Assembly: GCA_038046645.1 (NCBI GenBank)
Contig: JBBSVU010000009.1
Coordinates: forward strand, 1 to 59,789
Origin: an archaeon
GTDB lineage: Archaea > Iainarchaeota > Iainarchaeia > Iainarchaeales > 0-14-0-20-34-12
Direction: 5' to 3'
Length of the DNA: 59,789 nucleotides
Shown one piece after another: positions 18,943 through 28,652 of the stretch. The translations under genes were made by a program, and so were the position numbers. Position 1 is the first letter of the stretch. Each line of letters begins with the position of its first letter. The notes below the pieces were generated by a model. That model had not been told where the DNA came from and made no database searches. It worked only from the letters and a program-made list of their open reading frames with translations.

Positions 18943-20004
18943 TTAAATATCACGATTAACACAAAAATCTGCAAATGCCCTTAGCTTTTTCTTTGCAATG
19001 GTTTCTGGAAGGATTCTATCAACACTTTCCCAGGAATCTTCAACAATCTTCCTTGCTTTTTTTAATGAATAATCAATTGCCCCATATTTCTTTATTATAT
19101 TAATAGCTTGCTTAATCTCCTGCTTATCCTTGGTATGCTTTTTAAGGATTTCAACAAGTTTCTTTCTGTCTTCAACACTGGCCTTTTTTAAAGTATAAAT
19201 TACAAGAAGGGTCTTCTTTCCTTCAGAAATATCCTCACCAATTTCTTTGCCCCAATTTTCGTTTTTAGGGTTTACATTAAGAATATCATCCTGTATCTGG
19301 AAAGCTAATCCTAGGGATTCACCAAATTTGCCTAAAGCTTCAATTGTTTTCTGGTTTGCATTTGCCAAAATTGCGCCTAATCTGGCTGAAAACCTTGCTA
19401 AAACGCCTGTTTTGTAAATGCACATCTGCAGGTATTGTTTTTCATTGGTGTCAAAATTCTCTGATTTATGCCAATGTATGTCAATAGCCTGACCTATAGA
19501 TACGCGCAACATTTCCTCAGCATATAAATCATAAATTGCCAATCTCTGCTTGTCAGACAATTTGTGCAGGTTTCTGTAAATAAGTGGCAGTGATGAGAAA
19601 TAAAGCAAGCTACCATCATTTATTGCTGTATCAATGCCAAATAATTTATGCATTGCTGGCTTGCCTCTTCTTACATCTGCATTATCTTGGATATCATCTA
19701 AAACAATTGTGCCATTATGCACCAATTCGGGCAGAACTGTAAAAGGCATTGCTTTTTTTTCATTGCCTCCACAAGCCATGCAGGACCATAACATTAAAAC
19801 AGGCCTCCAGCGTTTTCCTCCTCTGCTTAAAAAATCCCAAATAGGAATGCTTACCTCTTCGCTTAATGTTTTAGTATCCACCAAATAGCTGCTTTTCCCT
19901 AAAACAAGATTCACCCAAGAATTAGAAATTTTCTTAGGCAGGATTTTTCCAATTTCCTTGTCTATCTTTGGCTTGTAGCTTTCAAGCTCTTTCATTATGT
20001 CCAT
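18943..20004 (-). CDS. idsA: geranylgeranyl diphosphate synthase / polyprenyl synthetase
   Basis: GGKRWRP, DDIQD..RRG, GQ, KT, FQIQDD, EDISEGKKT. Confidence 0.9.
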   Translation of the reverse strand: MDIMKELESYKPKIDKEIGKILPKKISNSWVNLVLGKSSYLVDTKTLSEEVSIPIWDFLSRGGKRWRPVLMLWSCMACGGNEKKAMPFTVLPELVHNGTIVLDDIQDNADVRRGKPAMHKLFGIDTAINDGSLLYFSSLPLIYRNLHKLSDKQRLAIYDLYAEEMLRVSIGQAIDIHWHKSENFDTNEKQYLQMCIYKTGVLARFSARLGAILANANQKTIEALGKFGESLGLAFQIQDDILNVNPKNENWGKEIGEDISEGKKTLLVIYTLKKASVEDRKKLVEILKKHTKDKQEIKQAINIIKKYGAIDYSLKKARKIVEDSWESVDRILPETIAKKKLRAFADFCVNRDI

Positions 20005-20113
20005 TTTACCACAATAAGAAATAATTGGTTAATCTTAATTTAAAATAATGCTGTTCTAAACTTTATTGCAATCAGCCAGGGTTTAAAATAATACAGTTTG
20101 GGGGCTTTTGCAA

Positions 20114-21409
20114 TCAATCAAGGATAAGGTTCACCTTATTGCCAAACATTTTTTCTAAGTTAGACTGCAATTCTGCTTTTAAGGATTCAATCTTTTCCTT
20201 AGTTTTCTCAAGGCTTTGCCTCTTGGCCATCAAATCCCTTTCAAATGAATTCTTCTCAAGGTAAAGCGATTCAACAGACTGGACTGCATTTCGCAAATCA
20301 CTGCCTGCCTTGCTGCTAAATAATTCCTGCCTTATCTTAAAGGCTTTTTTCTGCAACTCGTTCTCCTTCCAGAAAAGCTCCTCCAATACTTTGCTCCCCA
20401 AAATCTCCTTTACCTTTGCTGTCTTCTGTTCCTTTTCTTTTTCTTCAAGCCCTATCTTCCCTTCATCAATTGCCTGCAATAATTTTGTCAGTATTAATTG
20501 CGTATTTTTTCCGCTAACATCCTGCTTCAATGCTTCATACGGCTTGTCGGTAAGGCGCTCAAAGAAAGCAAGCATCCCAATTACAAATAATTGCTCATCA
20601 TATGCAATTCTTTTAAATTTCTTCAATTCCCTTTCAATGCCTGAAAATAACTCATAGCATTTCTGCTTCAATTCCTCGGTTTCTTTTTCTAGCTGGAGCT
20701 GCTCGTCCTTTAATTCTCCCAATCTTTTAAATTCTTCTGACTTTTCAAATCGTTCCTTATTTAACTTTGCTTCTGCTATCTTTGTGTCATATTCAACAAC
20801 CTTAAAGCCTAAGGCATCAACATCATTGCTTAATTTCAAGGAATGTTCAATTGTTTTGGTTAATGAACCAATACTTTCATCAATTTTGGCGATATCGCTT
20901 TGTTCTAACAAGGTTAACAGATTCTTGAGGTTAGCATGCAATTCTGTTAGCACTGACCCTATTTCTTTTACCCTGTCTTTCATCGCAATTGATGAATAAA
21001 CAATGCTTTTGCCTGTTGAAAACACAGTAAAATCAATCGTTTGGATTGATTTCTTGCAATATTCTGCAAGTGCAACAGTATCCCCAAAAGGGATAACTTT
21101 AAGCTTTTCTGCAACAAGGCTGAATTTCTTGACCATTATCTGCTTGCTTGTATCAAAAACCTGCTTTGCCCTCGGATCTATTTCCTCTGTTGGCTGCAAA
21201 TTCTTTAACTCGGTTAGCAAACGGTCAAATTGCACAACTAGGTGTTTCAATTCAGATAATTTCGATTCAACACTTCCAGTATCCAAAGTTCTGTTCTTGT
21301 CAATGTATCTTTCAACCTCGGATAACTTTAAATCAAGCTGCTTGATCTCCCTTGGTTTAGTGCTAAATAATGCCTTAATAAACTCAATTATTTTATCAAA
21401 AAATCCCAT
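20114..21409 (-). CDS. coiled-coil hypothetical protein
   Basis: Heptad-rich; likely start MGFFDKII at 21409. Confidence 0.7.
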   Translation of the reverse strand: MGFFDKIIEFIKALFSTKPREIKQLDLKLSEVERYIDKNRTLDTGSVESKLSELKHLVVQFDRLLTELKNLQPTEEIDPRAKQVFDTSKQIMVKKFSLVAEKLKVIPFGDTVALAEYCKKSIQTIDFTVFSTGKSIVYSSIAMKDRVKEIGSVLTELHANLKNLLTLLEQSDIAKIDESIGSLTKTIEHSLKLSNDVDALGFKVVEYDTKIAEAKLNKERFEKSEEFKRLGELKDEQLQLEKETEELKQKCYELFSGIERELKKFKRIAYDEQLFVIGMLAFFERLTDKPYEALKQDVSGKNTQLILTKLLQAIDEGKIGLEEKEKEQKTAKVKEILGSKVLEELFWKENELQKKAFKIRQELFSSKAGSDLRNAVQSVESLYLEKNSFERDLMAKRQSLEKTKEKIESLKAELQSNLEKMFGNKVNLILD

Positions 21410-21512
21410 AAGCATACCTTCAATTGTAGTTGGAATCTGATAATAGAAAGGATTATTGGGATAAAAAACTATTGGTTGCTTTTCATGGTGTTGAAAACAG
21501 AAAATCAGAAAA

Positions 21513-22106
21513 TTAAACGCTAATGCATTTGTCACAGAATTGCGCTATGCACTGTATTAACTCCTCGCTTGTGCTTTTAGTGACAAGGATTACTGTCAAA
21601 ACCTTTTTTAGGCGGTTTTTTTCTACTACTCGATGTATTAATTTCTCAACAGTTTTTTCCTGATTATAAATTAAAAGTGTGGTAATGGAATCAATGATGA
21701 CAAACTTCTTTGTCGCCTGAATCCTTGAAAGTGAACGCTCAATAAGTATATTCAAATCACTAAGCTGCGTTGGGCTTTCAAGAAAGGTAATGTTTTTTGT
21801 GTCTTCAGTATGATTCCCGACACTTTCTTTTGTAATGCTGTCAATAAACTGCATTTTATTTGTATCTATATCTGCATTCTTCAAATCCTGTTGTAGGGTT
21901 TCGGCAGGCATATTTGTCGTAAAATAAACACCTGAGAAATAGTTATTGACAAGGCTAAGGACAACCTCTTTCCTTACAGACTGCATATCCTCGCTTGTTT
22001 CAACCAGCAGTATTTGTGAACCTTCTTTAGCAGTTGAAAACTCCTGGATTATTTTTGCTTTTATCTTTGACTGCAAACCCAAAAGTTCAGAAAGTTCATC
22101 CGGCAT
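21513..22106 (-). CDS. degenerate KaiC/RecA-like domain protein
   Basis: FIDS, IIDSITTL motifs; no Walker A. Confidence 0.7.
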   Translation of the reverse strand: MPDELSELLGLQSKIKAKIIQEFSTAKEGSQILLVETSEDMQSVRKEVVLSLVNNYFSGVYFTTNMPAETLQQDLKNADIDTNKMQFIDSITKESVGNHTEDTKNITFLESPTQLSDLNILIERSLSRIQATKKFVIIDSITTLLIYNQEKTVEKLIHRVVEKNRLKKVLTVILVTKSTSEELIQCIAQFCDKCISV

Positions 22107-22133
22107 TTTACCACAATTTATTCCTTTTGCAAA

Positions 22134-22853
22134 TTACTCAATATCCTCAAGCTGTTCCTGCTCTGCCAGCACGTTTACTCCCTTTTTCTCAATTTTTAAG
22201 GGATGCAAAGATTCACTTGTTTTTGTATACCTCATCTTAAGGACAGCACAACTTCGGATAAATCTGCTTTCAAGCTTGCTGTGGTATAACAAAATAACCC
22301 CATCTGCAACATATTCTTCCAAGCCAAATAAAGTGAAAGTACGGTCCATTGTTCTTTCATTCGTTATTATTGTTGTGCACCCTAATTTCCGCACAACCCT
22401 TCTTAATTCAAGTATCTTCTTCCTTGCTTCAAGCTCTTTTTCAAAGTATAACCTAATAATTACCCCTGGATCAATAACTACTCTTTTTGCCTTTATCTTC
22501 TCAACAAGGGTCTCAATTGTATCGCACAATCTGTCAAAATTATACAACTGGATAGTTTCAATCAATAATAATTTTTTTTCAATTAAAGGTTTTAAATCCC
22601 AGCCAAAAGCCGCTGCTGTCTTGATAATATCATTTGCCTCAAGCTCTAATGAAATAAAAACACCGGGTTCATTAAATTTTGTAGCGCCGCGGTAAAGATA
22701 TTCTATTGAAGCAATTGTTTTTCCTGAACCTGGATCACCGCTTAAAACAATCAGGTTGCCTTGGGGTATGCCCCCATAAAGTATTGTATCTAAGCCATTT
22801 ATTCCGGTTTTTGTCCTTTCAATTATCCCATCCTGCTCTTCCAAAAAACTCAC
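22134..22853 (-). CDS. KaiC-like ATPase
   Basis: KTGINGLD, GDPGSGKT, SLE, EEYVADGVI, LKMR. Confidence 0.9.
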   Translation of the reverse strand: MSFLEEQDGIIERTKTGINGLDTILYGGIPQGNLIVLSGDPGSGKTIASIEYLYRGATKFNEPGVFISLELEANDIIKTAAAFGWDLKPLIEKKLLLIETIQLYNFDRLCDTIETLVEKIKAKRVVIDPGVIIRLYFEKELEARKKILELRRVVRKLGCTTIITNERTMDRTFTLFGLEEYVADGVILLYHSKLESRFIRSCAVLKMRYTKTSESLHPLKIEKKGVNVLAEQEQLEDIE

Positions 22854-22958
22854 CTATTCTATTTATTCATAAATATGAGATATTATCTGATTAAAAATCA
22901 TACCCTACAGTTCAAATATTTGCTAACAATTAAATGGACAACATAAATAAAAATAGAA

Positions 22959-22978
22959 GGATTGTCATTAGACAATCC
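22959..22978 (-). terminator. stem-loop plus U-rich tract downstream of the pilin gene
   Basis: GGATTGTC-N4-GACAATCC followed by TTCTATTTTT on the minus strand. Confidence 0.6.
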
Positions 22979-23000
22979 CCTCAAAAGTTAATTGCCAACC

Positions 23001-23450
23001 TTAAATTTTACCATTACAAGTAACTATTGCTGTTCCTGTCAATCCACTTACTGTGTAAGTAACGGTTGCTGTTGCCCCTGAAACTGTGGTAGATGATGCC
23101 GGGCCATCCAACTGCTGAACAGTAAATGCGGCATTTGCTGCTGTCGGTGATGTAGCACATGCGCTCACAGTTACTCCTTCTGAAATATCTCCGCTAGCTG
23201 CGGTAACACAGTCTGCCCCAAAGGTAATTGCTGAACCTGTTGCATTCTGCAGGGTAAATCCTACCTTATCTGCACCTGTTCCAAATACCCATTGTTTCAT
23301 AACTATTTGTGAATTGCTAGAGGCACAAGTAACTCCTCCTGCTGCTGAACTTGTTACATATATCAAAATACCTATTATTACTGCTACAACAATTAGAGCC
23401 CATCCATAGGTCATCAGGTACTCTAATGCTGACTGTCCCTTATTATTCAT
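23001..23450 (-). CDS. type IV pilin (class III signal peptide), probable major pilin
   Basis: KG/QSALEYLMTYGWALIVV; small-residue-rich body; SD GGGTGA; own terminator. Confidence 0.88.
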   Translation of the reverse strand: MNNKGQSALEYLMTYGWALIVVAVIIGILIYVTSSAAGGVTCASSNSQIVMKQWVFGTGADKVGFTLQNATGSAITFGADCVTAASGDISEGVTVSACATSPTAANAAFTVQQLDGPASSTTVSGATATVTYTVSGLTGTAIVTCNGKI

Positions 23451-23470
23451 TAAATTTCACCCCATATTTG

Positions 23471-23488
23471 TTCCTGATAAATCAGGAA
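23471..23488. promoter_or_regulatory. perfect inverted repeat upstream of pilin (operator or 5'-UTR hairpin)
   Basis: TTCCTGAT-AA-ATCAGGAA. Confidence 0.45.
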
Positions 23489-23569
23489 GTTTAATAGAAT
23501 AAGGTTTCCTAATTTAAAAACATTACTATTTGAGCTTTTTATGCCGCATGAAAAAAACAGTAACGCTGA

Positions 23570-24055
23570 TTATTTAGCCTTTAGCTTATTTTTTAATGCA
23601 AATTCAACCTCTTTTGGCACAAATCCACTCAGATAGCCATTCAGCCTTGCCAATTCCTTAACAAGCCTTGAGCTCAGGTAAAAGTATTTTTCATCAGTCA
23701 TTACAAAGATTGTTTCCATTCGGTTGTCAAGTTTCCTATTTGTCATTGCTTGCTGAAATTCAAACTGGAAATCCGACACTTCCCTTAACCCCCTTAAAAC
23801 CAAGAAACAGTTCTTTTTTGCAAGATAATTTACAAGCAATCCATTGAAAGAATCAACCTCAACGTTTTCAATATTGGAAACAGCAGTCTTTACAAGCTTT
23901 ATGCGCTCATCAATTGAGAATAGGTGGTTTTTTTCAGGATTGCCAGCTACAGCAACAATTACCTTGTCAAATATCTTGGATGCCCTTTCTATTACATCAA
24001 TATGCCCAAAAGTAATAGGGTCAAAACTCCCTGGATAAATAATAATTTTTTCCAT
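23570..24055 (-). CDS. coaD: phosphopantetheine adenylyltransferase (bacterial type)
   Basis: YPGSFDPITFGH, LRGLR, DFQFE, SSRLVKE. Confidence 0.95.
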   Translation of the reverse strand: MEKIIIYPGSFDPITFGHIDVIERASKIFDKVIVAVAGNPEKNHLFSIDERIKLVKTAVSNIENVEVDSFNGLLVNYLAKKNCFLVLRGLREVSDFQFEFQQAMTNRKLDNRMETIFVMTDEKYFYLSSRLVKELARLNGYLSGFVPKEVEFALKNKLKAK

Positions 24056-24115
24056 AAAATCAACTCCGCCAAAACCAAACCAATTTCAAAAACCTTTATC
24101 TTTAAACATTCACCT

Positions 24116-24700
24116 TCAATAACCTGATAAAAAACAAATCCTCTCAAGAATAATTATTAACGAATCAATTTTTTTATTTAATTGTTTTAAAGAATCATTG
24201 TTCCCGAGCACAATATCAGCAAGTTTAATCTTTTTTTCTGCTGCCCCCCGTGAATTAATCCGTGCAATTGCTTCCTTTCGGGAAAACCCTTTTTTCCGCA
24301 GCCTTTTCAGCTGATTTGCTTTTTTGCATTCAATAAAAATCACTAAATCAAACAAATCCTGCATTTTGGACTCATACAAAAGCGGAACCTCAACAAGTAG
24401 CATCCTTTTATTTTTGTTTTTTACAAAAAATGCTTTCAGTTCTTTCCTGACAAATGGCCAAATAAGCTTTTCGAGCTTTTTCCTCTTAGCCTGGCTGCTG
24501 AAAACAAGCCCTGCGATTTTCTTTTTGTCAAAAGTGCCAAATTCTTTTTTGAGAATTTTTCTGAAAAAAGCTTTTTTATAAATAGCCTTGACTATGGAAT
24601 CAGAATCTTCTGCCCTAAATTTTTTTGATAGTTTTTTTAACACATGACTTTTTCCCGAAGCTATATTGCCTGTGATTGCTATCTTCAAAACTGATGGCAT
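24116..24700 (-). CDS. coaE: dephospho-CoA kinase (bacterial type)
   Basis: AITGNIASGKS, DSD, EVPLLYE; ATG at 24700. Confidence 0.88.
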   Translation of the reverse strand: MPSVLKIAITGNIASGKSHVLKKLSKKFRAEDSDSIVKAIYKKAFFRKILKKEFGTFDKKKIAGLVFSSQAKRKKLEKLIWPFVRKELKAFFVKNKNKRMLLVEVPLLYESKMQDLFDLVIFIECKKANQLKRLRKKGFSRKEAIARINSRGAAEKKIKLADIVLGNNDSLKQLNKKIDSLIIILERICFLSGY

Positions 24701-24736
24701 AATAACTATTTTAAACAGAGAAACATTATTCTTTCT

Positions 24737-25255
24737 ATGCAGGGAATGATTCATATTTACACCGGCAACGGAAAGGGAAAAACAACTGCTGCTTTAGGGC
24801 TTGCATTAAGGGCATATGGTGCTGGCAAGAAAATTTTGATAATTCAATTTCTAAAAACTCAAAATACAAATGAAGTTGAAGCAATAAGAAAAAATCTTCC
24901 CTATTTAGCGATAAACTGTTTTGGCTCTGGCAATTTCGTAAAAAGGGGCAACATTCCAAAAAAAGAAAAAGAATTGGCAAATAACGGCCTTGAAGCAACA
25001 ATGCAGGCATTGAAATCAAATGAATATGACATGATAATTCTTGATGAGTTGAATTTAGCCGTATACTTTAAACTGGTTAAATTGAATGATGTGCTTAAAT
25101 TGCTTGAAACCAAGCCAGATAATCTAGAGCTTATAATTACTGGAAGGTATGCTGCAAAAAAATTGATTGCAAAAGCTGATTTAGTTACTGAAATGATTGA
25201 ACGCAAACATTATTTCAAAAAAGGAATAAGTGCAAGAAAAGGAATTGAATATTAA
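24737..25255 (+). CDS. cobO: cob(I)alamin adenosyltransferase CobO/BtuR
   Basis: YTGNGKGKTTAA, QFLK, ILDE, TGR, ARKGIEY. Confidence 0.92.
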   Translation: MQGMIHIYTGNGKGKTTAALGLALRAYGAGKKILIIQFLKTQNTNEVEAIRKNLPYLAINCFGSGNFVKRGNIPKKEKELANNGLEATMQALKSNEYDMIILDELNLAVYFKLVKLNDVLKLLETKPDNLELIITGRYAAKKLIAKADLVTEMIERKHYFKKGISARKGIEY

Positions 25256-25337
25256 AATATGGAATAATTTTTGCTGGCTCTGGGCACAGTCAACTATTTA
25301 TTAGGTATAGAATAATAATAAGTAGGGGGTTGAGCAA

Positions 25338-26177
25338 ATGGATGATTGGATTAAGGTATTAAGCGGATTAGTAATCTTAAGCCTAGTTATAAGCGGTGTT
25401 GCTTTTTTTAAACAACCTACACTATTTTCTGAGAAAAAAGATGCCCTTGATAAAATCAAGGAAACTAGCACAATAACTGCATGTTATATTAGTTATCCTC
25501 CATTTTCGGTAAAAAATCTTAAAACCGGGCAAATGGAAGGAATCTCTATTGATATTATTGAAAACATAGCCAAAAAAATGGGCACTAAGGTAGAATATGT
25601 CGAAACCACTTGGAGCAATATCGTACTTGACTTAAAATCAGAACGTTGCCAGGCAAATATTTCTGGGATTTTCCCATTAATTGAACGTGCATCAGGCGGG
25701 GTAATTTTTACTAAAGCTTACGGTTATATGGGAAACAACGGAGTGGTAAAAAAAGAGGATAATAGATTTAACTCTATTGATGATTTGGACCAAGAAGGAG
25801 TTATAATTGCAGTAGTTGAAGGCGAGCAAAGTCATGTATATGCACAAGAACATTTTAAAAAAGCAAAATTAAATGTCATGTCTTCAGCAGATATTTCCTT
25901 GGCTTTTGTGGAGGTATCAGCAGGCAGGGCAGATGCCGGGCTTTCTGATGGCATAACTACAGAATTATACCTAAAGGCACATGATGAGGTAAAAGCCCTG
26001 CTTAAAAAAGATTTCTTAATACGGGGAAGCACTTTTGCACTAAATGAAAAAGACACTAAATTGTTGGCTTTCTTAGATAATGCTATTGAGGTAATGGCTG
26101 TAGCAGATGAACTCAAAGAGATATATGCTAAATATCCCTACACTTCAATAATTCCTAAAAAGGTAAATACCCAATAA
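25338..26177 (+). CDS. polar amino-acid ABC transporter substrate-binding protein
   Basis: N-terminal anchor, YPPF, G..IDI, GRADA (SBP family 3). Confidence 0.85.
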   Translation: MDDWIKVLSGLVILSLVISGVAFFKQPTLFSEKKDALDKIKETSTITACYISYPPFSVKNLKTGQMEGISIDIIENIAKKMGTKVEYVETTWSNIVLDLKSERCQANISGIFPLIERASGGVIFTKAYGYMGNNGVVKKEDNRFNSIDDLDQEGVIIAVVEGEQSHVYAQEHFKKAKLNVMSSADISLAFVEVSAGRADAGLSDGITTELYLKAHDEVKALLKKDFLIRGSTFALNEKDTKLLAFLDNAIEVMAVADELKEIYAKYPYTSIIPKKVNTQ

Positions 26178-26215
26178 GCCTAAAAAAGTAAATATTTGAG
26201 AGGGAGTGATTTAAT

Positions 26216-26887
26216 ATTTTCGACCTGAATTTTATCTGGATTCAGAAAGAGATTCTAATAAGCGGGCTTTTGATAACTTTAACACTATCTATTTGGATAA
26301 TAATTTTTGGAACTATTTTGGGATTGTTAGTAGCATTCGGGAAAACAAGCAAGGTTTTTATCATCAGAAAATTTTGCTGCATTTATGTTGATTTCTTCAG
26401 GATGATGCCAATACTAATAATGCTTATTTGGCTCTATTATGCCTTGCCGATTGCCACAGGCATGGCTTTTGGGGCCTTTGAAACAGGCATTTTTGCCCTA
26501 TCCTTGCACTTGTCAGCATATGTAGGAGAACTTATACGTTCAGGAATTGAATCAATTCCAAAAGGGGAAATAGAAGCCGCAAAAATTCTTGGATTAAGCA
26601 GGCTGCAAATAATTCACCGGATAATGCTGCCTCAAATTTTTAGAAAATTGCTTTCACCTTTAACTGGGTTGTATATTGAAGAAATCAAAAACACTACAAT
26701 AGTATCAGTTATAGCCCTTAACGAACTATTGCACACAGGCCAGATTATAATAAGCCAAACATACAGGCCTCTTGAAATTTACACTGCAATAGCAATAATG
26801 TTTATTATTATCCTGATTCCGTTAATTGTCATATCAAAAAAGTTTGAGTATGCTACTTTTATAAGAAATATAGAGTGTGAACATTAA
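26216..26887 (+). CDS. polar amino-acid ABC transporter permease
   Basis: FRMMP, ELIRSGIESIPKGEIEAA (EAA loop); frame extends upstream to ATT at 26216. Confidence 0.88.
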   Translation: MFDLNFIWIQKEILISGLLITLTLSIWIIIFGTILGLLVAFGKTSKVFIIRKFCCIYVDFFRMMPILIMLIWLYYALPIATGMAFGAFETGIFALSLHLSAYVGELIRSGIESIPKGEIEAAKILGLSRLQIIHRIMLPQIFRKLLSPLTGLYIEEIKNTTIVSVIALNELLHTGQIIISQTYRPLEIYTAIAIMFIIILIPLIVISKKFEYATFIRNIECEH

Positions 26888-27606
26888 TGGCGAACTATTT
26901 GCAAATCAAAAACATAAAGAAAAAATTTGGCAGCCAAACTGTTTTGGATAATATAAATTTTTCAGTTAACAAAAAAGAAGTTGTTGCAATTATGGGCCCT
27001 TCGGGTGGGGGAAAAACAACCCTGCTAAAAATAATTGCGGGGCTAGAAAAAGCCGATAGGGGGCAAATAATCTTTTCTAAGCTAAACCCCCATATCGGAT
27101 TTGTATTTCAGGAATTCAACTTATGGCCACACAAAACTGTGCTGGAAAATGTTATTGAAGCGCCAATGCTGGTAAAAAAAATAGAAAAGGAAAGAGCAAT
27201 AGTTAGTGCCAAAAAAATACTTAAGGAAGTTGGGCTTTCCCACAAGCTCAATAAATACCCTCTTCAACTATCCGGAGGAGAAAAACAAAGAACCGCAATA
27301 GCCAGAACATTAATTATGAATCCTGAAATAATTCTTATGGATGAAATCACTTCAAACCTTGACCCTGAAAGAATACGCAGCATAGATGCAATAATTAAAA
27401 AACTCATAAAAGAAGGCTTTACCCTAGTCATTGTATCCCATGACTTGAATTTCATCGAGAATATATCTAATAAAATCATCTTGCTGGATAAGGGCAAAAT
27501 TATTGAAAGCGGAAACCCGATAAAAATACTCAAAAACCCGACAAAGAAAAGAACAAAAGAATTTATTTCTACTGTGCTCAAAAAACAGCAGTGTGCAGGA
27601 ATTTGA
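26887..27606 (+). CDS. polar amino-acid ABC transporter ATP-binding protein
   Basis: GPSGGGKTT, VFQEFNLWPH, LSGGEKQR, MDEITS, SHD. Confidence 0.93.
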   Translation: MANYLQIKNIKKKFGSQTVLDNINFSVNKKEVVAIMGPSGGGKTTLLKIIAGLEKADRGQIIFSKLNPHIGFVFQEFNLWPHKTVLENVIEAPMLVKKIEKERAIVSAKKILKEVGLSHKLNKYPLQLSGGEKQRTAIARTLIMNPEIILMDEITSNLDPERIRSIDAIIKKLIKEGFTLVIVSHDLNFIENISNKIILLDKGKIIESGNPIKILKNPTKKRTKEFISTVLKKQQCAGI

Positions 27607-27641
27607 ACCAATTAACTACCCAATAATAAAACTGTTGCAGA

Positions 27642-28652
27642 TCAAACAAACAAGAAAAGGCTTTTCATCGCAACATCCAAGAGCTCCTTTACAAAGAAGA
27701 ACAAAAATACAGAAATAACCACTATTACTGGAATATACTTTATTCCTGCCTTTTCTTTGCCGAATTGGATTACCCCTAAAGTAAGTGAGGCAAATATTCC
27801 GGTAACAATCAAGGTTACAAGCGAAAACAGATTAATGAAATCTGTGGGAATTATTGTTCTGGTGCCGCCCAAAAGCCCCGTTATTTGTATTGCAGAGCCC
27901 GCAGCCTGCTGTGCAAAATTAGACATATCGATATTTGCAGTCTGCGAGCTAAAGATTCCGACAATTGTGCTTGATATCCCTAAAAGAACTGGCGCACCAA
28001 TTGCTGCTGTGATAAAAATCATCATGACATAAATGCTTACATTTGCCTGGGCTTCCCTTTCCAGGGTATTCTGCTCCCTTAGCTCATCGCCTAATTTTAA
28101 AAGCAGCTCACTCATTTGCGCCCCGCTCGAAATCCCCTGAATCAAAAGGCCAAGATTTCTTTCCAAGGATTTTGATTTTATTGTTTTCGGAATATCGACA
28201 AGGACATCAGTGGTTTTTTCACCTGTCATTATCCTCTTTGATGCATTCTTTAATTCAACCGCAAGCGGGCCGAATTCCTCCCTGGCTGAAATCAGGAAGG
28301 CTCTTTCTGTTGTCAAGCCTGATTTTAGGTTTGACGCAATCAGATGAAGGGCGTCAGGCAAAATCTTTTCAACATAGGAAGCCCTGCGGTCTGAAACATT
28401 CCCTATTACATAATAAACAATTAAAATAAATGCAAGGAAAAAAACCGGGATAAGAACCAGCATATCAAAATTAAGCAAATAGCCAACAATAAATGAAAGA
28501 ATCAGGCTAAGGGCTATTGAGTAAATCAAAAGAAACCCGACAAATTTAACTGGATCGGTGTTAAAACCGGCATACCTCAATTCATTCTCAAATATTTGCT
28601 TCACTTTTGCAGGCACAAAATTTGAGAATATTTCATAAATCATTTTATGCAC
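27642..28652 (-). CDS. type IV pilus/T2SS F-family (TadC-like) membrane platform protein
   Basis: LPDALHLIASNLKSG, FGPLAVEL, multiple TMs. Confidence 0.88.
   Translation of the reverse strand: MHKMIYEIFSNFVPAKVKQIFENELRYAGFNTDPVKFVGFLLIYSIALSLILSFIVGYLLNFDMLVLIPVFFLAFILIVYYVIGNVSDRRASYVEKILPDALHLIASNLKSGLTTERAFLISAREEFGPLAVELKNASKRIMTGEKTTDVLVDIPKTIKSKSLERNLGLLIQGISSGAQMSELLLKLGDELREQNTLEREAQANVSIYVMMIFITAAIGAPVLLGISSTIVGIFSSQTANIDMSNFAQQAAGSAIQITGLLGGTRTIIPTDFINLFSLVTLIVTGIFASLTLGVIQFGKEKAGIKYIPVIVVISVFLFFFVKELLDVAMKSLFLFV

Noticed and set aside
21946-22695. 249-aa + strand ORF and other long antisense ORFs (e.g. 47041-47643)
   Set aside because: Overlap well-supported genes on the opposite strand and show no motifs
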